A stretch of 64,000 nucleotides of DNA, taken from assembly GCA_964016885.1 (NCBI GenBank), contig OZ024740.1:366916001-366980000 (forward strand), read 5' to 3'. Source of the stretch: Eledone cirrhosa. Taxonomy: Eukaryota. Under the pieces are notes generated by a model, which was given only the letters and a program-made list of their open reading frames with translations, ran no database searches and was not told the DNA's origin. Shown here in pieces: positions 29,550 through 40,248 of this stretch; position 1 is the stretch's first letter; every line of letters starts with the position of its first letter. A program made the translations under genes and the position numbers.

Positions 29550-29965
29550 CAATTCATACCGGCTTGGCCAAGAGCGCGCGAGAAAAGAATTCGGACAGGT
29601 CAAACGGGAAGAAAGAGGAGGAGGAGAGGTAGTGTCAGAGAATGAGTGAGTGAAAGTTGAGGAAGAGGCTAACAGAGAAAGAGAGAGACTGCTAGAAAGG
29701 GTAAAGATACAAAGAACGAAACAGACGGGTGGCAGCAGAGGAAAAAATATATGTGTAAATATGATAATAATGGAGCTGCGGCGTTGCAAATGGGTTACAT
29801 ATGAAAAAGTAAGTCCTTCAACAGTGGCCTTCCAACCGTCGTAGGCATTTCATCGCTTTTAAGGCCATATATCTCAGGTTGGTGCGAGCAACGGCTAAAA
29901 AAAGTCGTTGGGACACATAAATAAAGGGGACGCTAGGGTAAACAAACAAAATGGTTTAAGCAACA
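29104..29965 (-). mobile_element. Element with 205-bp direct terminal repeats (29104-29308, 29761-29965; period 657), each with a hammerhead-like motif; retrozyme or tandem pLTR-like
   Basis: Near-identical repeats; (TA)n on both sides; minus strand CCAAC-CTGAG(G/A)T...GAAA-TGCCTACGAC-GGTTGG. Confidence 0.7.
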
Positions 29966-30052
29966 TATATATATATATATATATATGTTAGAATTTTATT
30001 TCTCACCCTAGTACAGCTGATACATAAATGTAAGTATGTACATGTATGTATA

Positions 30053-30081
<29 letters not shown>

Positions 30082-30083
<2 letters not shown>

Positions 30084-30510
30084 TGCTGTAGTGGAGTCTG
30101 TGCTGCTGTACGGGTCTGAGACTTGGACACTGACCAAGAAACTCACTCAGATGGTGGATGGGTGCTACACGAGAATGCTGAGGATGGCTCTGAACATTAA
30201 TCAGTATACACTGAGGATGAAAAACTCAGAGCTGTATGGGAGCCTCCCAAAAGTCAGCTCAAAAGTGACACAGAGGAGACTGATGTTAGGTGGACATGCT
30301 CACCGACATCGAGAGTTGACATTGCACTGAGTGCTCCTGTGGGAGACCCTACATGGACACACTAGAAGAGGAAGACCAAGGTTAACGTATGTTGATGCCC
30401 TAAGGACAGACACTGGTCTGTTAGAGACGCAGGACATGGCAGTGATAATGAGGGACAGAGACCGCTGGAGAGAATTCGTCCATGGATCTCGGGAATTTTA
30501 CCCGCCCTAG
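30082..30510 (+). mobile_element. RTE/RTE-X LINE 3' fragment
   Basis: AVVESVLLYGSETWTLTKK...DGCYTRMLRMALNI...RRGRPRLTYVD...DRDRWR with one internal stop; flanked by (TA)n. Confidence 0.9.
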
Positions 30511-30585
<75 letters not shown>

Positions 30586-30589
<4 letters not shown>

Positions 30590-30899
30590 GTGAAATAAGG
30601 TAACAAGGACGTTTGGTTACTCCTTCATTAACGTTATGAATCGTCCTTATCTTATTTCACTATAATACACTCTGTCTAGCTCTACACCTCGACACTGAAG
30701 TGAACCTAAACATCGAGTGCTCACCCGGGTGAACCAACAGTAACTCCAAGTTACACTCCCTGTATATATATTCTGATGATTTCTAAAGAATGAAACAGTT
30801 CTAGTCCTGTAGAATCTCATCTATATTAAAACTTTTATACTCTGCTATGTATTGAGTACCTTACTTACTGTGGTTACCTCCGATTCAACCCGGAATAAC

Positions 30900-30900
<1 letters not shown>
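30586..30900 (+). mobile_element. (TA)n-bounded element with 5' hairpin (30586-30664) and hammerhead motif (30770-30815)
   Basis: TATAGTGAAATAAG...CTTATTTCACTATA; CTGATGA-T-TTCT(AA)AGAA-T-GAAA-CAG(TTCTAGTC)CTG-TA-GAAT. Confidence 0.65.
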
Positions 30901-30975
<75 letters not shown>

Positions 30976-31633
30976 ATATATATGTGTGTACGTGTGCGTA
31001 CTTATATTTATGTATCAGCTGTGCTACGTCGAGAAACTAAATTCTTATCATATTTTTAATATTCGGCAAGACCAGCCGTGACTCGCTCGGTATGCAAATG
31101 AGGCTACTCAGCCGATGTGTACTGAAGAAAATACTATATATTTTCGACCGGTCAACAGACTGGCAGAGGTATACAGTCCTGATAAAGGGTAATGACCCAG
31201 AAACATGTTGATTGTTCCTCAAACCCAGTGTTGAACAAACAGGTGACGATCGGTCACCGGCACGGCAGAACCTCAAATCGGGCCGTTTGTTTACAAACGA
31301 ATCGAATATTATTATTAATGTTCGATATAACCCATACGTGTGTGTGTATGTATATATATGTGTGTGTATATATACATGTGTATATGTATATATATTTGTA
31401 CGTGTGCATACTTACATATATACATATAAATATATACATATGTTCACATGGTAGCGTTCGCCTACGACATATCAACCCACTCACATAATTGTGTTAAGAC
31501 ATGATGACGTCAAACCGGTGCCGATTGCTATTTTCATGATTGGTGTCCCTAAAATGCGTATAATCCAATAACTATCGTTATGTAACATCTGTCTTAACGT
31601 CAATTCCATAGGTAAATGCATATATATATATAT

Positions 31634-32558
31634 ATACAATTGAATATATGAGAGGGTTGAACATCGATACAAGTATATATGTGTTCGAATTGCAAATGAC
31701 CAAGTTAGCTAGGTTGAAAAAAATACTTATTTAAAACAATATGGTTTGCCTGTCTCCATTTAAAGTAATAAATCAATAAACATAACAAACCTATACCGGG
31801 CACACTGCATTTTGATACCCGGACAGATCTAAATCTGTTTCACAAGAATTGTTAAGTTAAAGCCACCATTCCTGTGCTCTTCTGCGGGTATCCAGGAAAG
31901 AAATTCGTACCTTTCACTTCAAAAGATCTAAGAAGACTGAACTATGTGTTGATATAAAAGCACATGTTGCAGCGCCTAGAGCGTCTCATACCCGTGCCGC
32001 TAAAAATAGCAGCCGGTTTTATGAGACTAAAGTTAGTTAGGTTGAAAAAATACTAATTTAAAACAATATGGTTTGCCTGTCCCGATTTAAAGTAATAAAA
32101 TCAATAAAAATAACAAACCTATATCGGGCCACTAAATCGAGACAGGAAAACCAAATTGTTTTAAATTAGTATTTTTTCAACCTAGCTAATTTGGTCATTT
32201 GCAATTCGAACACATATAAACTTGTATCGGTGTTCATCCCTCTCATATATTCAATTGTATTACACGGTCCGGAAAGATTCCCTGCCTTGGGCTATTTAAT
32301 TGTAAAAGACTATTTTGAGTTTCTAACTCAATCTATGATATTCTCGGCTCCATACGTAGAGCTAACTTTAGTCTCATAACACCGGTTGCTATTTTTAGCG
32401 GCAAGAGTATGAGACGCGCTAGGCGCTGCAACATGTGATTTTATATCAACAGATAGTTCAGTCTTCTTAGATCTTTTGAAGTGAAAGGTACGAATTTCCT
32501 GGATACCCACAGAAGAGCACAGGAATGGTGGCTTTCACTTAATAATTCTTGCGGAACA
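31634..32558. repeat. Interleaved inverted and direct repeats: A 31634-31762, B 31835-32036, A' 32036-32132, inverted A 32133-32260, inverted B 32362-32558
   Basis: Both strands compared by eye; copies are clearly similar with scattered mismatches. Confidence 0.85.
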
Positions 32559-32624
32559 GGGTATCATATAAGTTTGTTTCTCCGCTGTGACCCGTCTCTT
32601 TTCTTTCGATTTTGACAATTTTAT

Positions 32625-32667
<43 letters not shown>

Positions 32668-33056
32668 TGTAATAAACAACATAAGATAATTATTTCATTT
32701 ACCAGTGGTTTCTTGAAAGCAGATGCTAGATCTGTTTTCAGTTGTCAGAATGAATAACAAACATGGTGCTTTTATTAAATATGGATCTGAAAACAAAATT
32801 TAAGAAATATGGAAGTGAGGCCGAGAAAAAAACGGGCTAAGAAGAAGAGGGAAAAAAAAAGAAATATATATATATATATAAACAATAAATATCCAGAACA
32901 TAAACATACACACACTCAACCACGCGCACATACTTAAAAAGTACGTAGACGTATACTTTATCACATAAGCATAAATGCGTCTACAGACAGGGACATAACT
33001 AATAAGCTCTGTAGCCTACATAGAGCACTCTTTTTTCCTGTACCTTTCCGAATTAC

Positions 33057-33133
<77 letters not shown>

Positions 33134-33153
33134 ACATATATATATACATATAC

Positions 33154-33186
<33 letters not shown>

Positions 33187-33269
33187 ATTGAGATGAGCTG
33201 AACAAGTAAATTTTAAACATTCTTTTAAAATAAATTAAAATACAATTTAAATATTCACCTATCCAAATT

Positions 33270-33348
33270 GCTTTTACCGATGGTTTCGCCTCACAAAAGA
33301 TTGGTAATCCAGAGGAATTCCAATGGAATGATCGGCACTTCAGAAAAC
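33270..33348 (-). ncRNA. Type I hammerhead-like motif (H4)
   Basis: Minus strand GTTTT-CTGAAG-T-GCC...GGC-GAAA-CC(ATC)GG-TA-AAAGC; stem I 5 bp with one G.U; A9 missing or replaced. Confidence 0.6.
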
Positions 33349-33388
33349 TATTTCCATTACATAGGATCTAAAATCCCATAGCAAGCAA

Positions 33389-33453
<65 letters not shown>

Positions 33454-33455
<2 letters not shown>

Positions 33456-33966
33456 AAAAGGTATGACCCCGACGGCAGAGCTCAAGCCGTTTGGACGGCT
33501 ATTTCTGGACTAAATTAGAATTTTTAGCCTGGTAAATGAATAGCCGAACTTGTCAAGGGGTACTTCCTTATACGGGAAGATTGTAGTTGTCAAGAGGATT
33601 GGTCAAAATTTGTTGTAAACACAAATAAATCTATCATGGCATTTGGTGGGAGGTAGGGGTGGCTGAGCTTGCCTATAGAACAATGAGGGAGTGAGTAAAG
33701 CCAGTCAGGCGTTGAAAGTGAAATCGATACAGCAGATTCTAAGGATAGTGTATGAAAAGTCGAAAAATTGTTCTGGCAGGAAGGTATACGTTGTTGACGA
33801 TAGCTAATAAGCTTGAAACTAGTACAGCGTTCCTTTGTCACTGTTGAACAAACGAGCAACGATGGTTGCTAGACACTACGGCTTAATACGGGATGTTTGT
33901 TTACAAACACACCGAGCATTATAATAAATGTTCGGTGAATCCATACGTACATATATATATGTGTGC

Positions 33967-34001
<35 letters not shown>

Positions 34002-34463
34002 CTACTGTACGTCTGTATACATATATGTATGTACGTGTACATACTTATATTTAAGTAACAGCCGTACTAAGAGTGGGAAATGAAATTTCGTTTCATTTTT
34101 TCCGTTTATCGTTTTCGGTGCACCCGGCCGATTAACCCACTCGATATGCAAATTGGGCTTCTCAGCCGTTAATATGCATAAGGTAAGTATATACGTTCAA
34201 CAATCTGGCAGAAAGGTATACGTTGCTGACGATAGCTAATAAGCTTGAAACTAGTACAGCGTTCCTTTGTCAGTGTTGAACAAACGAGCAACGATGGTTG
34301 CTAGACACTACGGCTTAATACGGGATGTTTGTTTACAAACACACCGAGCATTATAATAAATGTTCGGTGAATCCATACGTACATATATATATGTGTGCAT
34401 GTATGTATATATATATACATACTACTGTACGTCTGTATACATATATGTATGTACGTGTACATA

Positions 34464-34470
<7 letters not shown>
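33454..34470 (-). mobile_element. Penelope-like non-autonomous element (H5) with a partial tandem duplication (33772-34050 / 34204-34470, period about 432); relatives at 31037-31340 and 53310-53780
   Basis: Duplicated block TCTGGCAG...GCTTGAAACTAGTACAGC...TGTTTGTTTACAAACA; minus-strand FHTLSLESAVSISLSTPD weakly resembles the Penelope GIY-YIG C-terminus and lies just 5' of the hammerhead. Confidence 0.6.
33467..33560 (-). ncRNA. Full-size type I hammerhead (H5) with U3-A8 core; this copy has G12C
   Basis: Minus strand CCCC-TTGACAA-GTTCGGCTATT...AATAGCCGTC-CAAA-CGGC(TTGAGCTCT)GCCG-TC-GGGG; the sister copy at 53670-53774 has GAAA. Confidence 0.72.
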
Positions 34471-34509
<39 letters not shown>

Positions 34510-34885
34510 AATAAATAAACATAAAATTGGCAAAATCAAAATCAAATCTGTAGAAATGTTTCTGGAGAATTAGCCAGGATTTATTTTAACTTCAATTTCC
34601 ATTCACTTTAATTTACGTAAGAACTATTGGAAACACGCAGACACGCTCACTCACGCACATACCCAAACACGTAGACACATACACAAGAATACAGATATAT
34701 TCATATATAATATAATATAATATAATATAATATAATATATATATATATATAATATAATATAATATATATAATATATATATATATATTTATAATATAATAT
34801 AATATAATATAATATATATATATATATAATATAATATAATATATATAATATATATATATATATTTATAAAAAAAAACAGATTAAA

Positions 34886-34934
34886 GTTTAAGCAAAGAAT
34901 CGCTGCTTTCACCCTCAACGGGATCTTCTGAAAC
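34886..34934 (-). ncRNA. Type I hammerhead-like motif (H6), U4A variant; second copy at 62965-63010 (+) with a core deletion
   Basis: Minus strand GTTT-CAGAAGA-T-CCC(GTTGA)GGG-T-GAAA-GCA(GCGATTCTT)TGC-TT-AAAC. Confidence 0.62.
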
Positions 34935-35104
34935 ATATATATATATACACACCCAGACACATACACACACAGACACACACACATATATATATTTATACAT
35001 ATATATATAAACCTAGCAAATAGCTTTATATATACATATATATATTAAATTGTTAAACAATATTCAATGATTATGTCAATGAATGAGTTTTATATATATA
35101 TATG

Positions 35105-35193
<89 letters not shown>

Positions 35194-35417
35194 TGTGTGT
35201 GTATCCAGCCAGCTAGCCATACATACTTATGTGTATGAAGAATTTTACTTTAAGTAAGGCTTCTTTTTTGTTTTTGTTAATATCTTGGTGATTTGTATAG
35301 CGAAGTGAATCTCTAAATACAAAAAGAAAGATGTACTTGAATGATGATAGAAGATAAGGTGATTACATAAGTGGATGAATGAGTGGCACTATGTAATAAT
35401 AAGAACTTCAGTGTTTC

Positions 35418-35479
<62 letters not shown>

Positions 35480-35511
35480 CATACACACACACATATATAT
35501 ATATATAATAT

Positions 35512-36096
35512 ACTAGCAGTGGTACCCGGCGTTGCATGGGATAAGGTATTTTGGAACGCAGGTCGCCAACAGACCTATTCGTGGAAAAACTGCATGCGTG
35601 GACAATATGTAAAGAAAATAAACTGGATACTCTGATGGCTGGATAATCTTTAAGATTTTCCTCGATGAAGCAGGAAAATTGCAGGGGATCAAGAACATGA
35701 ATTTTTTATGTGCATAATATGCCTTAAAATTTCGGGGAAATCGGCTAGACGTAACGCCTCAAAAAAGCCATAAAAAGCTGAAAAAATGAAGTTTTTCACC
35801 TAAGGCCATAAAAAAGTTGGATTTTCTTTGCTCACGGTATGAAGAAGAGACTGACATAATTACAATTTCAAGGAAATCAGTCTGACGTAACGACTAAAAA
35901 AACCCCTAAAAACCTGAAAAAAGTTTTTTAACTAATGCAGTTTTTAAACTAATGCAGTTTTTAAACTAATGCGGGCCCTAGGGGAACAAAAAGTTGAATT
36001 TTTTAATGTGCATAACACTCCCTGAAACATAAGTAATACACATGTAAAGTTTGAAAAAAAGTCGGTTGGGCACTTCTCGAGTTTTAGGGATTCAAA

Positions 36097-36147
<51 letters not shown>

Positions 36148-36450
36148 CCTCAGGGAAGTGACGTAATGCAGACAGTCAGACATACAGACAGATATTATAA
36201 GGGCGAGACGTTATATGTATGTATCTATCTAAGAAGAGAAAGACTAAGAATTATAGAGAGAGATTGCTAAATCATCTAATGCGTTCCCTAGGGCATTGAA
36301 CATTTGAAATTTTTTTGCTCAGAACACTCCCTGAAACATAAGTATTACATGTGTAAAGTTTTAAAACAGTCGTAAGGGTGGTTCTCGAGATTTAGGGATT
36401 CAAACTCACACACACACAGACAGACATCCTCAGTTTTATATATATAGATA
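35512..36450 (+). mobile_element. Helentron/Helitron-type non-autonomous element (HINE/DINE-like), internally duplicated
   Basis: Starts ACTAGCAGTGGTACCCGGCGTTGCATGGG, ends CAGACA...CAGTTTTATATATATAGAT; repeated ACACTCCCTGAAACATAAGTA and TAGGGATTCAAACTCACAC blocks. Confidence 0.7.
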
Positions 36451-36477
36451 TACATATATATGTATATTTATATACAT

Positions 36478-36526
<49 letters not shown>

Positions 36527-37995
36527 CATACTGTATATAAATATGTTTGTGTGTGTGTATCCGTGCGTGCGTGTATGTATGTGGGTGTGATGTTTCTGTG
36601 TGTGTGTAGCATAATACATTTTTGCTTCGAAAACAATTTGCTTTCCATATATATTTTGAAGATTACACTCATCATCATCATCATCATCATCATCATAATT
36701 TCTTTTTTAATATTGAATATACAGCAAGTGCTTGTACACTATGTAATTCTTCGACTATACTTTTGCACGTATACAAATCAATGGCTTTGTTCAAATTGAA
36801 AGTTTCCACCGATTTTGTTATAATTCGTTTGCGTTTGATAGTGTATTTAAAGTTATTTGATATAAATTGATACTGGATATATGTTAGTGCCAACAAATAA
36901 TGTAAGTATAGACGGAGCATTGAGAAAGCGTTAGAATTCCGGACGAACTGTTTTGCGGAATTTATTGCGTCTCTTTGTATTTCGAGTTTAAACCCCGTCG
37001 AAATTAGTTTTGCATTTCTTTCTTAGCCTAACATGGTTCGTTAAAAAACACGTTGTGGTATTTATTATATTTCTTTGCCTTCTGAGTTCAAGTCCCGCTG
37101 TGGTCAAATCGTTTGGTTGACTTTATTCATCGCTCGATCTAACACCACTAGCTGGCTCTTTTGTGGAGTCACCGGTGCCTTTAGCGGAGTCTACTCAGTC
37201 TTCAGTCTGAGAATACCTTCCTACCTACAAGTTTTAGAGAATCTGAAAACAGTAATCGTAATTGCCCGTCCTCCTAACTAAGTGCTAAAAAAATGAAACC
37301 TCCCTAATTTCGCATTCATACTTATCTTGGGATTTGTTTTATATGTACTTTACATGTGGATCTGCTGATTTCCGAGGTTCTATGGTGTATCCTTTAACGT
37401 TGTTTTCCCTCCAACTCACTGTTTCAAAGTACTTCGAGTTAATGAAGTACCCAACGAGGGAAGCTCAGTCTAGCCAATTCACAATTAAAAAAAAAAAAAA
37501 AAAAACTGCGAACAGATTGAATGGTCTAGTGCTGCATATATTGCCTGAAAATAAAATGGGTATGTCATGGTAAGAATGCTTTGACTTGGGGTTAAACAAA
37601 AACAACAAAAAACAAATGTTTGTTTCAGTAATAGAGTTAAGTTGGATTTATAATTCATTGATTCTTCATTTTCATTGTATTGCTGTTGAAAGTTGTATAA
37701 ATTACCTGGCTGATGGTACAGAGGTGATATCTGTAATTTAAAGTAGTTTTGTTCGTCATGTCTCCAAGAACTAAGATTTGTGTGTTAGTATCAAGACGCC
37801 TGTCACTGAGATGAAAAGACTATTCCAGAAAATGGACAATTAATGTAGTCTGTCATTAGTACTAAAATAAGAATGTACTACTTATCACAGTCTCTGTCCT
37901 CCTACGCTGTCCAATAGTTGAATAATATATTGTTACTAGAGCCACAATGCAGCATGGGTTATGAATAAGTAAATATGTGGATTGATTTCATGGAA

Positions 37996-38056
<61 letters not shown>

Positions 38057-38150
38057 AGTATGTGTCTGTGTCTGTGTGTGAGTGTGTGTATGTGTGTGCG
38101 TGTTTTACATACATATATATATCATATACATATATATATATATATACATG

Positions 38151-38192
<42 letters not shown>

Positions 38193-38396
38193 GTGTGTGT
38201 GTGTATATGTATGTGTGTGTGTGTGTTACATATATATATATATTTAAATATATATATAGAGAGAGGAAGAGAGACGGAGAGAGATCGAAGTTTCAGTTCA
38301 ACACATTTTATTCGTAACTAGCTCAGAGCTTTAATTGGTTACAATTAGTTCTACTCTAGATCGATCTACTCATTAGACAATGCAAATTAGTCTCGG

Positions 38397-38463
<67 letters not shown>

Positions 38464-39259
38464 GTGAAATGTCAATTATATAGAGTTCACTATCATGGTA
38501 GTCTGTCCGCTACTGGAATTGTACATTTTTGATCATGTTAATAACAAAGTTTTCGAAACCTTATGATGGGTTTCCTGAGTGGTCTGCTACGCGATCTAAG
38601 GTTTTTTCCTAAAATTTGAATGTTTATCATCTAGTGTCTGGGCTTGGCTTTTGCGGTCGTATAAAATGCATGCCATTTTGAAAACTTTCCATGATACAAG
38701 CTACTCAATTTTTAGAGGTTGCTTCAGATAGGAGCTTATACTGCCAGTTCGTGGATAATACTAATTACTACTTTCAGCACTCAGTGCTGAAAGATATTCA
38801 TATTAACATTGTGGATTAATACTGACACCCGTTTATTATTGACGTAATATGTAGAGTGTTTATTTTAAGAAAGAGTTTCAGTTCAACATGATTTATATGT
38901 CATCATACATAACACGTGTTTCGCAAACCACTGGCTCGGAGCTTTACTTTGTTACATTAGCTGCACTCTAGGATCGTAATGCAATGTGGTGATTAGCATC
39001 GGAATATGAATATATTGTATGTTTATGTATATGTGAGACTGCGTTTGTGTGTGCGTGTGTAAATGAATTAATGAAATCAAACATTAGAAATATGTATTCA
39101 AAATGTTTTCATTGACCCACTTTCTATAAGATACTTCACAAAGATGCCGCTCATATTGATCGATTCTAGTACAAATTAACATATCTGTGAATATACAATG
39201 TATCTTAAATACATACATACACACATACATACATACATACACACATACATACATAATAC

Positions 39260-39660
39260 ATGGTGGCTGCCAACTCGTTTACGAGTACGGCAACTACTTT
39301 ATATCCATGTAGGAGAACCCCTACCGATGCGCTGAACGAGTGTGACATTTTAGTCCAGCCAGCGACTTGAAAACTCTGGTACAAACACTACACTTGTGAC
39401 AATTACTGACACATAGTGCTGGGCTCTTGGTACCATGTGACGACAAATGCAGAGAGAGATCTCCAGATATAAAGCAATGCCTGTGCCGTGAAGCTTTTAT
39501 AGTGAGCAAAGGCACTGCACAAAGCCAGTCCCACTCTCTTAACCAAGATGATATTTACCAAAAAGTCAACATCATTGGATACCATCAGGGCCAACGACCC
39601 GACCATGAGACAGGTTGTACTGGGATACATGTTACCAGTAGCACCAACTGGTGACCTGAC
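39260..39660 (-). mobile_element. Bipartite RTE element, internally deleted (duplicate at 40581-40981)
   Basis: C2H2 remnant [19 protein letters not shown]; same ends as 42961-43567. Confidence 0.85.
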
Positions 39661-39706
39661 ATAATACATACATTCATACATACACACAGACACATACATA
39701 CATACA

Positions 39707-40248
39707 TGATGGTTACAAGTCGATTTCGAGTAATGCTATCTCTTCATACTTAAGCATAAACTGCACGGACGTGGCTTTTTAGTCCTGCAAGGGACTTGCA
39801 TACGGCCAGTCATGCCAGGCTGTGCTAAATACCAAGCGATGCCTGTGCTTGAAGGGTTTTAAGTGAGGAAATGCATTTCACGGAGCCAATCCCACTCTCT
39901 GAACATTGAATGCCTTTGCCCAAAACGTAGAACTGGTCTCCATCATTGGATGCAAACGAAGTCGTAGGTTTTATATCAGAGTAACCTTCTCCTAGAGAGA
40001 TATCTAAAAGAAGACTAGGGGTCTCTCACTCCACTGCCACCACTCAAAAATACTTTATTGGATGGTCGTTGACTCTCCTCTGTTCCTCTGACCTTTGACA
40101 GGTTTTGTTTTACATCCCACAGGGTGTCCAAAATCCCCCTCCTCAACAAGTAAGCTTGGTAGTGTTGCTGGTTTAGTCGCCGATGATCCAACCATGCACA
40201 GGTTGTATTGGGTTACAAGTTATCAATAGCGCCGAAGAGCGATAAGAC
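39707..40248 (-). mobile_element. Bipartite RTE element, second subfamily (duplicate at 41028-41569; third variant at about 41891-42235)
   Basis: Shares GGCGACTAAAC, AAACAAAACCTGTCAAAGG and GAGAGTGGGATTGGCT blocks; (ATAC)n flanks. Confidence 0.78.

Noticed and set aside
29238-29789. 183-aa minus-strand ORF between the direct repeats
   Set aside because: Low-complexity Leu/Ser/Phe sequence from GA repeats; no recognisable domain.
38907-39010. Possible hammerhead on the minus strand (GC-GAAA-CACGTG-TT with a long stem II)
   Set aside because: The CUGANGA box is unrecognisable (ATTCCGAT); too decayed to call.
39321-39515. C2H2 zinc-finger micro-ORF repeated several times
   Set aside because: Remnant of the RTE 3' end rather than a host zinc-finger gene.
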